Source: Octopus sinensis
Lineage: Eukaryota
NCBI RefSeq assembly: GCF_006345805.1
Contig: NC_043000.1
Span: 71,424,001 to 71,488,000 of the forward strand
Direction: 5' to 3'
Length of the DNA: 64,000 nt
The notes under the pieces were generated by a model. It had not been told where the DNA came from. It did not search any database and saw only the letters and a program-made list of their open reading frames with translations. Numbering within the stretch: the first letter of the stretch is position 1; every line of letters starts with the position of its first letter. The position numbers and the translations under genes are program-made. Below are positions 37,653 through 50,326 of the stretch, piece after piece.

Positions 37653-40195
37653 TGTGAAAAGCAGATCCCAACACCTTACGGGATATTTCCCCGAATGTTT
37701 GTGGAATCTTACGCAAGCAATGGAACACTGCATTTCCATCCTCTATGATGAAACTCTGTCTTGGATCAGGTAACTGTGCATCATCACATTCTTTCACAAC
37801 ATGTTTGAAGCCTTCCGATTTGTCTGCTTTTACTAAAATTTTGTCTGCCAATCCAATGCTGTATGGGACAGGTGTCAATGGGTATGTCAACAGTTTGTCA
37901 CGTTCAAGATTCCGATTAATCTGTGCTTGAGACTTCACTAGTAAGTGAAACGCTATGTTTCCCTGCTGCTTGTACTTGACAACTTTGTTCTGAGAAGTTG
38001 AGAGTTTCACGGACTTGTGCATGTGTGCAATAGTTTTCAAATTTGGGCGTTTAATAGGGTCAAAGAAGTTATCCTTCTTCATTAGTCTGTTTTCTATGAA
38101 GTTCTCCTTTGCTAGCCTACCAACACTCTCAGCAGTGAGGGCGTCCTTCGCAACTTCTGAAGTCGGAGCACTGGATGATAGATTGTACAACTTTCCATCT
38201 TCTGGGGTGTTGAAAGGAGTGTTGAAGAACTTGATAGCTGCAATGGTCCTTGAGATAAGTTTCTCACTGGTCACAATTTCACAAGGGTGAGCATCCTTTG
38301 TCTTCTTCATTAGACATTCCCACTAGACAAAATGCAGCCTGAAGGAATTTGGCTCGTTCTTTACCTGACTTTGATTTCATAACGGCCTTTTATAACAAAC
38401 CGCTATGGTGTAGGTAGGGTCAACTTTTGTTTACTTTTGACTTCAACAACCTCTTTGAAAATATTTGCATAATTTGATGTTTCCAAAGTACCACTTGTTA
38501 GATTTTGCCTTACTTCTATTCGGCATGATCAGCAATACGCCCAAAAAGTGCAGAAATATCTCACATTCCACGGGGTAAACACTACTTCTTTACAATTTTT
38601 TTACTTCTGGTATTAAAAGCACATGTAAACCTTCGTTATTATTAATTTTCAAAAAAAAAAAAAAAAAACGTTATGTGGTCTTGGTGATAAATAAAACCTG
38701 TGAATACGAGATATTACAGGTAAATGTCAAAGTTCGTGACCTTTTGACCTCTGATGACCTTTTTACAGAATAAATTTGCTTATCATTTACATGAACTTGT
38801 AGATCTTGACCAGGCTATCATTTTAAGGGGTGATTTGAAATATTTTGACGAAGAGTCGCAAAGTTAGAGCTGTTTGAATTTTCCATAACCCTAATGTCTC
38901 CAGCTGTAAAAGTGGGCGTGGTCAAAAAGTCCATGGTGGGTATCATCCATCCCAGTTTTTTTTTTTTTTTGGCTGACAACATCAATTTTCTGACTTGTTA
39001 GACCCAGGGCTACATGAAAATACCCGTTAAAGTAAATCACAAGGAGGGTGAACCATGACCCCTACTAACCCATGGCCTACTTTGAATTAAAGGCACAACT
39101 AATTTTTTCTAGTTGAGTGGACTGAATGTGAAATAAAGGGTCTTGTGCAAGGAAACAACTCGTCACAGGGAATCGAACTCATGATCTAACCACTAAGCCA
39201 CGCGCCTTCATCTTATTAACAATACATGTTGGTAGATGTATCTGTGATATGACGGTTCATTCAAACCTATGATCGCTGGTCATTATAATAAGTCATAATT
39301 AATTGATTAATTAATGTATGTATGTCATTGTTCCGTTTTATTTCAAGATTTCTTGCCAACAGAGAAAGAGCCGGTTTCTAACCTAGATCCAAGGCTTCTT
39401 CATTGGAATTTCAACATCAACAGGATATTTTTGTTTGTTTGTATGTATGTATGTATGTATGTATGTATGTATGTATGTATGTATGTATGTATGTATGTGT
39501 GTGTGTGTGTGTGTATGTGTGTGTGTGAGTGTGTGTGCAGATTTGTATGTCTTGATTTATGTATGTATTCTTATCATGCATGTAAGTGCATACCTAGGCA
39601 TGCTCCTATATATTTAAATACTAAACTTCTGGAAAGTTTTACAGATTTTTACAGTTCCAGTGGTGGACTAGATCTGTAGTCTTCGAATTAGCTTTCTGCT
39701 TTCTGGTTTTGAGAAGCCTAATTTCTCAAGATTGGTATTTAGGCAGTGTGTTACACATACCAGGCCCCCTCAGCGTTTCTTTTATTTTCTTTCCCCCTCT
39801 GACCGTTATCCCTCTCTACTTAGATTTGTCAGCCGTTTCAATAAACCCTCTTTATTAATCCTTCAACACTAGTCGACATCTCTCTTCAATGAAGTGTTAC
39901 TTGTCTGAAACGTTTCATGAAAATTATTTCAATGTTTCAACAATTTGTATTATTGTTACTTCCTTATCTCTGTTATAAGAAATCTCATGAGTTTTCCCAA
40001 TTTTACCACACTTTCGAATAAAAGATGTTTCAGTCATCTATCGTCTGGGATAACTCAAACGTTTTGAGAGGTTTCTATTTAGTCGCTAGACTTACCAGAA
40101 ATAGTAGCCAAATCTTCTTCAAATTACATCCTACCCTTTTAAAAGACACACACACACACACACACGCGCACGCACACCCACATCCACACCCACAT

Positions 40196-40229
<34 letters not shown>

Positions 40230-41544
40230 GATAATGTATGGTCCCTACACACAGGAAAAAGATCAGGTACATGGTTGGAATGCCATTGGTCAAAGGTCAG
40301 CTCAAGCAATGGCGTGTTGCGAAACAACAGCAATTACTACCGTCGAAGGAGCCTCTAGGTGGTCGTTAACTAGTTTGAAGTAACTGCAAGACCACCCTCA
40401 GATCACACTCTACTGTCTTGTGGACAAGACACATTCGATAATGCAGTATACCTATCCTTAAAAAAAACCCAGATGGTCATGTCAGGAATAGCTTTTAATA
40501 GGTCCGCTAACTCAGAGTTGGTCTGGGGTTGAACATCCCATACCATCCACCATCACCATCTCACTAGACTTTTGAGCTGCCGCCCACGATTTATTAAACA
40601 CTTCCAGCACATCTGATTTATAATTTTTATCTTTCAATGAAGATAGGAGTTTCTCTGAAAGTGAGAAAAACCGCCTCACACCCACATAAAATGACGTCAT
40701 GAGAAAGTAGTTTGAAAGTACGATTATCAGCAGTAGCCACAATAACAGTTTTCATTGTTAACATCAATGTAAACAACAACGTAGATATTTATTTTGAAGG
40801 GCAGAGTCTTTTAATGTAATGCGACTCAAAGAATTTCATCTGGATGAAGTTGTTCGGACGGCCGATTTAGGTCTTGGTGTTTCTGTTGCTGGTGTGATTT
40901 TTGAAGTCGTCGTTATTATTGTTGTTAATAACAGAATAAAAAATAGAGTGAATATGAAGAGAATGGCCTTGATGTTAGTAACAATGGTGACGATGGTGTC
41001 TTAGGATCCTCTACACATACGGAGGCGATGGTGAATGTGGTAGTAATTTTGATGAGATTAAAATGATGATGGAGATGATAACCAAAATAGGAAAAGAATG
41101 TTTTTAAATTGAAACTGAACTATATATGAAAAATTCTTTCAATTTACGAGTGTCTATAGCATGTGTGCCCCCTTTTGAACACATTTCTTTACAAGTCAAT
41201 GAGGTCGCTCGACTGCTAGAAACAGCAGTCAAATCTCCTTCAAATTGCATTCTAATGTTTTTTAAAATGTAGGACACGTTGTACAGTGTGTTAGTAGATA
41301 TATGTTTGAATAAAAGGCAGAATGGTCATAGCCCGAACGTTGATCTGCTTGATCTGGCACTAAATAACGTAACCTTTCCAAGTACATGGTTGAAACCCCC
41401 TTAATCATGTGTATGTTTGGTCAGTGCTAACATGGAGTTAACAACATTCATTATCTCTTTTGTATTAATCCTTCAACTTCTTTTCTTATAACCATTATTA
41501 ATTTATCTTTTCATGTATATTAGTGATTTACAGAGTCTCAGGTC

Positions 41545-42085
41545 ACATTTCTCTTCTTGTGGTCCCAAATTATGGAGCAAAATATCACCTGGCAGGACAC
41601 TTGGAAATGGAACTTGTAGAGGATTAAGTACTTGATTCAGAGAGTCTATGATATCCTCCCCAGCCACCCAACCCATTTAGATGGGACTTAGTGAAAATCC
41701 CCACATGATTCTTGTGTTCCAAGATAAGGACCCTCCATCACACCCTAAGTAGCTGTTCCAGGGCACAGAGTAAGAGCTGTTATCCCTTGAGACATAATCT
41801 TTTCCTCAAGACCATTACTGAGGTGGTCAGCAAGGGAATCAGTAACAGCAGAGATGCCAGAACTACTGCTAAAGATAACCTTTGTGAAGAAGGGAGAGAG
41901 GCTGAAGAAAAGACACAAGAACAGCTCCAGTGGTTTACTTTCTGCACCACATGACTGGGTGTATGTTGTCTTGGCAAAGCTGCTAAAATTTCCATCACAT
42001 ATCACATAAACCTTATCAAGGAGACTAGATATCATCTTAGTTTTTGAGACAACAAGGCAGCTAATAATACCAAGGTACAAATTCA
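41545..42085 (+). pseudogene. HERO/R2-like non-LTR retrotransposon C-terminal relic (CCHC plus REL)
   Basis: IKYLIQRVYDILPS..RW.LSENP..CS..TLHHTLSSCSRA..RHNLFLKTI..HDW..LLKFPSHIT.TLSR.DIILV. Confidence 0.75.
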
Positions 42086-43659
42086 ATTAGTTTTGCTTGA
42101 AGATCACCTTATCAAAAATATTGAAATGCCCTCATTTTTTAGTCAACATATTCACAATAGCACTAAAGACATATTCAACTAAACAAGTATGTTGTTGGAA
42201 AGAGCAAAAATATTTGCTGAGATTGAGTATCATATTACTATGAACATGTTTTATAAACCTCAATAATTGAATAGTCCCAAACAGGATTAAGTCTGAAGCA
42301 GAAGGTTTTATTTGAACTGTTAATTTGTAATGGTCCTCATAGTTGCATGTACTGGTACTTCATTTTATATGTGTATAGTGTTGAAGGTACATTCTTTCTC
42401 AGTTTTGAGATCTTCCTATGAGTGAAAATCCTCCCCAAATCTCCCCGTTCCACCTCCCCATTTAAATTCCTCCCCTAAAATTTGAAATTCCTTTCCCTGG
42501 AGGCCGAGTGTTTCCTGTTTGGGGATCATTGCTATATTCTTACTCCCTTTTTGCTTACTTCTTAAAATATATTTTAGTTTTTCTTTATTTTTAACATTTT
42601 AAGCATTTTCCGCTATATTTTATGCTATTTTAAGTTACTTTACAATATTCAATTCATTTTTTTCTTTTAAAACTGAATGTTCCTGAAGATAGATGACTGC
42701 TGTATTTTTAATGGTTTTATTTTTGCCAATTTCTGTATATACTTTTGCATCATTATAATATGCAGTCAAATAAAATATCAGTCAATATGTCAATTAAACC
42801 AAGTTTAAATATAAACTCATTCATACACACATATATTAAATTCAGCTCAGTGGCCTTGCCCTGTATTAAATTCAGTTTACCAACACATTTAAAATATACA
42901 GCCTTGCTTTTGATTTAAACTATGAGAAGTCTTTGGCATACTTTCAAACTTTATTATGGTTTAATTAAAAACTATTTAACACATGCTGCTGTGATACCAA
43001 AAAGAAACTGTAGATAAGCCTATATAAAATGTTTTAACACTAGAGTACACTCTGAATTATTTCTCTTAGCTACTTTTCATTTCATTTATGTAAATTAGCT
43101 AATCCATAAATGGTTTTACTCTTTTTTGTATGAGTAAGTATTTTGCTGATGATGCATATACAGGTAGAACCATGACTTAAGCTGACCTTTTGTCTTCAGA
43201 CAATCAGACTGTCTTCTCCCAAATGATACGTTAGTTTCAGAGAATTCTTGATTCTTGAGATCGTCTCCTTTCCTTATTTAGACTTTGTATCAGTTGCCAC
43301 CAAATGATTGTTTAACTATCTCTGGAGACAGATATAATGTCAATAAATTAAGAATTTATTTTGTATAGCATTTAAAATATTCTTGTTTGTTTTTTGTTGT
43401 ACTAATGCATACCACTTGCTATTCTGAATTATTTCTCTTACCACATTTTTTCATGTGTGTGTGTGTGTGTGTGTATTGTCAGTGGATCATATATCTGCAA
43501 AAATAGTACACTCTAAAGTTTAGATTAGAGCAGTAACGTATTTACATGAAGTTAAATATATGTCTGGTACTAGAGTGACCAATGACTCATCGTATATATA
43601 TATATATATATATAACAATAATAAATCTCTGAACGAGATATAAACAGTAACCACTCGAC

Positions 43660-43920
43660 AACGTAAGGGTATTAGCCATCTGAATGTGGCTAGCCACTGG
43701 GGGATGGGGGTGGGGTGTTACTGATGCTTTTAGCCCCAGGCGATCAACGTCACCAGAAGGACTTTAGACACTATCTCAGTGCCCTTGTGTTACTTGCAAG
43801 TAACACAAGGGCACTGAGATAGTGTCTAAAGTCCTTCTGGTGACGTTGATCGCCTGGGTCTAAAAGCATCAGTAACCCCCCCCAGTGGCTAGCCACATTC
43901 AGATGGCTAATACCCTTACG

Positions 43921-43922
<2 letters not shown>
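43660..43922. repeat. Spacer-less near-perfect palindrome between (TA)n arrays
   Basis: Axis at 43796/43797 (gttacttg|caagtaac); about 126-bp arms differing by one substitution and a G-rich indel. Confidence 0.95.
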
Positions 43923-43954
<32 letters not shown>

Positions 43955-44107
43955 TTGATAAGAGGATATGTTAACCTTGTGAAGGGATGGTTGCATTCAA
44001 GGAAATACTGGTTCAATACCTAGTATCTTGGGGGTATATGTTAAGCATATAGTTTATGTCCATTTAAAAGAAGAACAGAAAATGTAAATAAGGAAGTTAG
44101 TACTTGT

Positions 44108-44401
44108 TTATTATTAACAAACTGGTTATCTTCAGTTTTTACAGCCGTTTCAAATAAATACTCAATAATTTGTACATTAAATTTACGCTTATGTAACATG
44201 AGTATAATTTCTTCAGAGAAAAAAAAAGATGTATCTTTGGATGTTATATGTGGGCCTATCAATTCATTTCAGCAGACTCTAATGAAATTATACTCATGAC
44301 ACATAAATGTTAATTTACTGTACAAACTTGTAATTAAATTATTGAGTATAAATTGAAATGGCTGCAAGAAGTGAAGATGACCGATTTGTTAATAATAAAC
44401 A
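44108..44401. repeat. Diverged inverted repeat, about 105-bp arms
   Basis: 44108-44211 aligns to the reverse complement of 44285-44401. Confidence 0.7.
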
Positions 44402-44699
44402 ATTATCAACTTTATCTCCATTTTCTTTTCTTCTCTTAAATATATATATATATATGTGCGTGTGTGCTTATAAGTTTATGTGTGTGTGTCTTTGTTCTGT
44501 GTTTGTCTCCCCACCTTTGCTTGACAACTGATGTTGGTGTGTTTACGTCCCTGTAACTTAGCAGTTTGCCAAAGGGATCTGCCAGAATAACTAGGCTTAC
44601 AACGAATAAGACCTGGCATCAGTTTCTACAGGTAAAAATCCTTTAAGGCGATGCTTCAGCATGGCCACAGTCAAATGACTGAAACAAGCAAAATATTAG

Positions 44700-44736
<37 letters not shown>

Positions 44737-45024
44737 GTGTGTGTGTATATATATATGTATGTATGTATGTATATATATCATCATCATCATCATCATCATT
44801 TAGCGTCTGCTTTCCATGCTAGTATGGGTTGGACGGTTCAGCTGGGATCTGGGAAGCCAGAAGGCTGTACCAGGCCCAGTCTGATCTGGCAATGTTTCTA
44901 CGGCTGGATGCCCTTCCTAACGCCAACCACTCCGTGAGTGTAGTGGGTGCTTTTTACGTGCCACCGGCACTGGTATCACAGCAGCAATTTCCATTGATGT
45001 TGATCGACTTCGATTTTGGTTCTG

Positions 45025-45081
<57 letters not shown>

Positions 45082-45199
45082 GAGTAATACACCTGTTTAT
45101 TGTTTATACACCTATCCTCATCTTTTGTATTTCTGTAAATTTCAACTATATATATACACTTCTTCAATAGCTCCAGTGAGAACAGCAAGTTTGCTTCTG

Positions 45200-47375
45200 G
45201 CTAACACTGCTTCTATTCATAAGCACTGGGTAGAACCTTTTTCTGCATTTTTTAATAGACGTCATCCGCTGACATGAGGATGATAGAAAAAATCGAGTAC
45301 CTTCCAGTTATAGAAGAGATGGCATTTGAACCAACTCTAAGTGACATTTATTTAGCTGTAAAAAAGCTTAATTATAATAAGTCTCCAGGGTCTGATGAAA
45401 TCTATGCAGAAGTCTTGAAATATGGGGGTGACAAAATGTTTGAACTCTTAAATGTATTAATTTGTCACTGTTGGAGAACTAAGAAAGTGCCTCAAGACTG
45501 GATTGAGGCCATTTTAGTCTCCTTGTATAAATCGGGGCCAAAGGATCTGTGTGATAATTTTCGTGGGATTTCACTTTTGTATGTGGTTGGAAAGGTACTT
45601 GCCTGCATTTTGTTAGAGGGTTTAAATACCTTCATAGTTCCAAATATGGTGTCTGAGTCTTAGTGTGGTTTTCACTCCTCCAGGGGCACAGCTGATTGTA
45701 TCTTTACTATCAGACAATTACAAGAAGAGTGCATTGAACAGAATCTTGCCCTATATCATTGATTTGTTGATTTGAGCAAAGCAGTGAATACTGTTAATCA
45801 AAATGCTTCTGTGGTTAATTGTAAGGAAAATAGGTTACCCAGAAAAATTTGTAAACATGATCAGGGCTTTGCATTAAGATACGAAAGCTAGAGTTAACTT
45901 TGGTGGTAGGCTTTCTGAATCTTTTGCCGTGGAAAATGAAGTAAAGCTAGGAGACCTTGATGAACCCACCCTCTTTGCAATATACTTTGCTGTTGTTGTC
46001 ACATGCTTTTCAAAACTCTGAGGAAGGTATTTACATAAAAAAATTGAACAACAGGAAATGTTTTTAATCTGACCAAACTGAAATTCAAAATGAAGGTTTT
46101 TACTTTACTCATCAGGGAACTTTTATACGCTGATGATTGTGATCATGTCAGTCATTCTGAAACAGGTCTGCAATCTCTCGTATCTGCATTTGACTCAGCT
46201 TGTGATGATTTTGGCCTGACCATCAACTTGAAAAAAACAGTTGTAATGTATAAACTTACATATAGTGCTATTTGTAACACCCCACCTAAAATTTTTGTTA
46301 AGGGTAAGTTACTTGAGGTTGTCGATTCTTTCATCTACCTTGGAAGCTCTGTACAAAATGAAGGAAATCTGGATACAGAAATACATCTGCAAATTCAAAG
46401 GGTAGCACAAACATTTGGTGGCTTGGAGTTATATGTTTGGTGCAAGCGACATATAAATAACAATACAAATTCAGCTCTTGACAAATCATTTGTCTTAAGT
46501 CTTAACATCCCTGTTGTATTCTTGTGAAACATGGACATGTTATGAAAGACATTTTAAATTGTTGGAACAATTCCACCAAAAATGCCTTCAGCGCATTCTA
46601 AACAGTAAATGGAGTTCTTTTACTCCAAACACAGATGTCCTTGCATCTGCAGGCATCATCTCAATTAAAGCTATGATTTTGATAAACCAAATGAGATGGC
46701 ATGGCCATATTGTTCGAATGGCGGATGAACGCATACCCAAAAAGCTGTTTTATGGTGAGCTTGCAGAGGGGAAATGCTATTGGCCTAAACCTACAAAAAA
46801 GGTTTAAGGATGGCATAAGGACTACTATGAAGTCACTTGGAATGGATCCAGAGGACATAGAAACCCTTGCTTCGGATTGAGCTGGATGGTGAACAAAAGT
46901 GTGGAGCGGAGTGAAGTGAAAGCTTTTGAAGAGGCCAGAATAATGCATGCAAGACTCAAGTGAGATTTAACGAAGAATGTTACTATTGAGAAGGTGAATC
47001 ACAATGACCTTTTTGTGTGTATGGTTTGTGACAGACCATGCCTTTCTTTTTCTGGGCTAAAATCTCATTTTTGAACTCATGGAAAACAAATCTCCACCAA
47101 CTATTCTGCCTATGTCTGTGCATGCCTTTCAATGCAATGTATGCCAGATTTGTAAATCTAACAGAGGCCTCAAAAGACATTTTAAGATCCACAAAGATCA
47201 GAACTTATCTGTGGCTCTTGGTGGTCCAAATCAGATATGCAATCTATGTGGGTGTCTTTTCAAAACATTACCTGGTTTAAAAAGCCACATCAGATGCCAT
47301 GATGGTTATAAGGGATAGGTACAGGAGGTGGTCAAATTCTGCATAAGGAGTAGACAACCACCATATATACACAAA
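45200..47375 (+). pseudogene. 5'-truncated RTE (BovB-like) LINE with RT and three C-terminal C2H2-like fingers
   Basis: KSPGSDEIYAEVLK, NFRGISLL, CGFHSSRGTADCIF, RELLYADD, FIYLGS, QMRWHGHIVRMADERIPKKLFYGEL; CMVC..GLKSH, CNVC..GLKRH and CNLC..GLKSHIRCH fingers; many stops. Confidence 0.92.
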
Positions 47376-47429
47376 CACACACACACATATATATATATGT
47401 ATATATATGTGTATATATATGTATGTATG

Positions 47430-47465
<36 letters not shown>

Positions 47466-47591
47466 TAAATTAGAGATAAAACCACTATTAGGCAAATCAT
47501 ACAATGACAAACTTAAGCCAATACATAAGATTAATTAATTTATATTATTTAAATATATATCAAAATTATTAAAAAAGATAATTAATATAAC

Positions 47592-47656
47592 ACCACGATC
47601 GTTTCATGGCTGTTCAATTCTTAAAATTTTCGAGTTACAGTCATTCTTCAGGTGGT
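47592..47656 (-). ncRNA. Type I hammerhead motif, copy 1
   Basis: accac-CTGAAGA-atgactgt..acagccat-GAAA-cg-ATC-gtggt; 5-bp helix I, 7/8-bp helix II, minimal helix III. Confidence 0.6.
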
Positions 47657-47684
47657 TTACATATTTAACTTGGCGAGGTTTAAT

Positions 47685-47727
<43 letters not shown>

Positions 47728-47853
47728 TAAATTAGAGATAAAACCACTATTAGGCAAATCATACAATGAAAAACTTAAGCCAATACATAAGATTAATTAA
47801 TTTATATTATTTAAATATATATCAAAATTATTAAAAAAGATAATTAATATAAC

Positions 47854-47918
47854 ACTACGATCGTTTCATGGCTGTTCAATTCTTAAAATTTTCGAGTTAC
47901 AGTCATTCTTCAGGTGGT
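47854..47918 (-). ncRNA. Type I hammerhead motif, copy 2
   Basis: Identical to copy 1 except gtagt in helix I (one mismatch). Confidence 0.55.
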
Positions 47919-47944
47919 TTACATATTTAACTTGGTGAGGTTTA

Positions 47945-47986
<42 letters not shown>

Positions 47987-47989
<3 letters not shown>

Positions 47990-48233
47990 GCGCCCTTTTA
48001 AAGCCTAGCCAGGCTCATGGGCCCGGTTTCCCGGTTTCCATGGCGTACGTGTTCCCCAGATGAATGGGATGCCAGTCCATCACAGCGTTACTCATTTTTG
48101 CCAGCTGAGTGGACTGGAGCAATGTGAAATGAAGTGTTTTGCTCAAGAACACAATGCATCGCCCAGTCCAGGAATCGAAACCACAATCTTACGATCATAA
48201 TGCTGACACTCTAACCACTAAGCCACATGTCTC

Positions 48234-48235
<2 letters not shown>
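47987..48235 (-). mobile_element. tRNA-derived SINE
   Basis: Minus-strand tggcttagtggttagagtgtc..ggtttcgattcc head and gttcttgagcaaaacact core. Confidence 0.8.
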
Positions 48236-48266
<31 letters not shown>

Positions 48267-48399
48267 TGAGAGAGGGAGAAAGAGAGAGAGAGAGATAAAG
48301 ATAGATATGGCCAGTCTATGAGGTTATACTGGGTTTCACATAAATAAAGTGCTCAGTTTTACAGCGTTTCTTCAGGCCCTAAACCTGTTAGCCTATGGC

Positions 48400-48970
48400 C
48401 TCTCTATAAAATGGAGTAAGAAAAGACTTTGTTACTGTCAACAACAGAGGTTTGTCTCCCTTTGACCCTGTTAGCATGTGGATTCCAAGATACCAGCAGA
48501 ATTTCCTGAAGTGCAAGATAGAAGAGAGAAAAACACACCCGCTTGTTTAAACATCCACCTGGAGTTAAGGATGTTCTCCAGGTCAAGGGAGTCCTGTAAT
48601 ATCCTCATCCGTTTGGCTATGCACAGTTTACAATGCTTGGTCCCATTTATGTAGGGGCCTGAATTTTCTTGGATCTTTCATGATATTATGTGTGGAGTGC
48701 CATTGTCCTTCAGCCACCATACATGGTTGGTTAAGGACATCGTGTATCTCCTTTCTAGGATCCTGGAAGAGGATCTGTGGTTGGAGAGGCACTACTTGAA
48801 CATGTTACCAGAACATACAAAGTATCTCCGTGTGTAGGTGCTGGCAATGCTGTTTCTTCTGGCATTGATGCTGCTGCTACTGTTGTTTTTGGTGTTGGTG
48901 TTAGTGTTGGTGTCATTGAAGCTGGCGTTGGTGTTGGTGTAGCTAGTGACAGTGGCTCTCTGAGTGACCA
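48400..48970 (-). mobile_element. Penelope-like endonuclease region relic
   Basis: LTNHVWWLKDNGTPHNI..PYINGTKHCKLCIAKRMRIL..ILNSRW, homologous to the 425-1445 relic. Confidence 0.7.
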
Positions 48971-48989
48971 TGGGTATGTCTGAGAGTTA

Positions 48990-49375
48990 TTATAAACAGT
49001 AATGGCCCCAAGATAGTTTCCCTGGGGCACACCACTTAGAATTTGAGATTCCTCAGAGAGGGCACCATTGGCTGCAACTACCTGGCTTCTATTCTTAAGG
49101 AAATCATGCAGCCATTCTCCCAGTTTACCAGCTATGCCAAGGTCTCACATCTTGTAACATATCATGCCATGATCTACCTAATCAAAGGCCTTTGTAAAGT
49201 CTAAATACATCACATTGACATCTGAATGATCAAGCAGCTGTTTCAAAACCCAGTCATAGTGCTGTAAGAACTGTGTGAGTCAGATTCTTCTGAGACAGAA
49301 GCCATGCTATGTATTGTTCAATAAGTCATTTTCTTCTTGGAACATTATCAGTTTCTTTCTGCCCACCCAAGAACA
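48990..49375 (-). pseudogene. CR1/L2-type RT fragment
   Basis: HGFCLRR..LTQFLQHYD..MYLDFTKAFD.VDHG..GKLGEWLHDFLKNRSQVV..PQGTILGPLLFII (with shift). Confidence 0.8.
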
Positions 49376-49717
49376 CAATTTACCGAGAACACAATGTACC
49401 ACCCAGTCTAGGAATTGAAACCACTAATGTTGTCTGAGATGCTTTCATCTCATGAAACTATTAGTAGCTCATAAAAACGTATATTGTGGTTATTAAATAA
49501 TATCTATCTTTCACCAGATGGAATACTTTTTTGTTGATTTTACCATCATGGAACATCATCATCATCATCATCATCGTTTAACGTCCGTTTTCCATGCTAG
49601 CATGGGTTAGACGGTTCAACTGGGGTCTTGGAAGCCAGAAGGCTGCGTCAGGCTCAGTCTGATCTGGCAGCGTTTCTACAGCTGGATGCCCTTCCTAACG
49701 CCAACCACAAATATATA

Positions 49718-49936
49718 TATCTATTCTTTTACTTGTTTCAGTCATTTGACTGCAGCCAAGTTGGAGCACTGCCTTTAGTTGAGAAAATCGACCCCAGAAC
49801 TTATTCTTTGTAAACCTAATACTTATTCTATCAGTCTCTTTTGCCGAACCGCAAAGTTATGGGTAAATAAACACACCAGCATCATTTGTCAAGTGATGTT
49901 GTGGGGACAAATACAGACACACAAACATATATACAC

Positions 49937-50022
<86 letters not shown>

Positions 50023-50170
50023 GACAGGCTTCTTTCAGTTTCCATCTATCAAATCCACTCACAAGGCTTTAGTTGGCTCAAGGCTATAGTAGAAGACACT
50101 TGCCCAAGGTGCCATGCAGTTGGACTGAACCCAGAACCATGTAGTTGGTAAGCAAGTTACTTACCATATA
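49718..50170 (-). mobile_element. tRNA-derived SINE (5220 family)
   Basis: Reverse-complement homology to 5220-5615 from head to tail. Confidence 0.85.
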
Positions 50171-50326
50171 TATACATATATAATTTAATAGACACAATAC
50201 ATGCTTTTTTGAATTACTAATAGTTTCATATGTTGAGAAATACCTCAAGCATGTCCATCATATCAAAGCAAACCACATATCATAACATACTACAAAATTT
50301 TTAGTTTCTTATGATGTGGTTTGTAC

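Larger units (their letters stand above)
35530..39080 (-). mobile_element. AcademX-like DNA transposon relic (XPG-like domain), split by two insertions
   Basis: EDGKLYNLSS, LTPVPYSIG, IEDGNA, VIFSTDIY..VKGVERNKRG, WKVFLANDENK, GYHDCNGCDSTSAIKGQGKVK (XPG H3TH-like), and beyond the MITE LPPCRNDLEQHVRRSNFQTRI..GHGW plus an acidic tail; terminal-type sequence at 38600-39080. Superfamily assignment is from motif recall; the opposite TIR was not found. Confidence 0.7.
47460..47948 (-). repeat. Head-to-tail dimer (262-nt period), each unit carrying a hammerhead motif
   Basis: Units 47460-47700 and 47720-47948 are nearly identical and separated by (TA)n. Confidence 0.9.

Noticed and set aside
39365-39410. 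ATGAAGA..GAAACCGGCTC on the minus strand
   Set aside because: C3 missing, extra bases, no helix I.
40512-40742. 76-aa ORF as a possible first coding exon
   Set aside because: TTG start, no recognisable homology and no convincing donor site.
43215-43335. Exon-like segment on the minus strand
   Set aside because: Stops in all frames and a weak donor.
44130-44160. GAAAC-GGCT-GTA-AAAA-CTGAAGA
   Set aside because: Only 4 nt between the site and CUGA; helix I is impossible.
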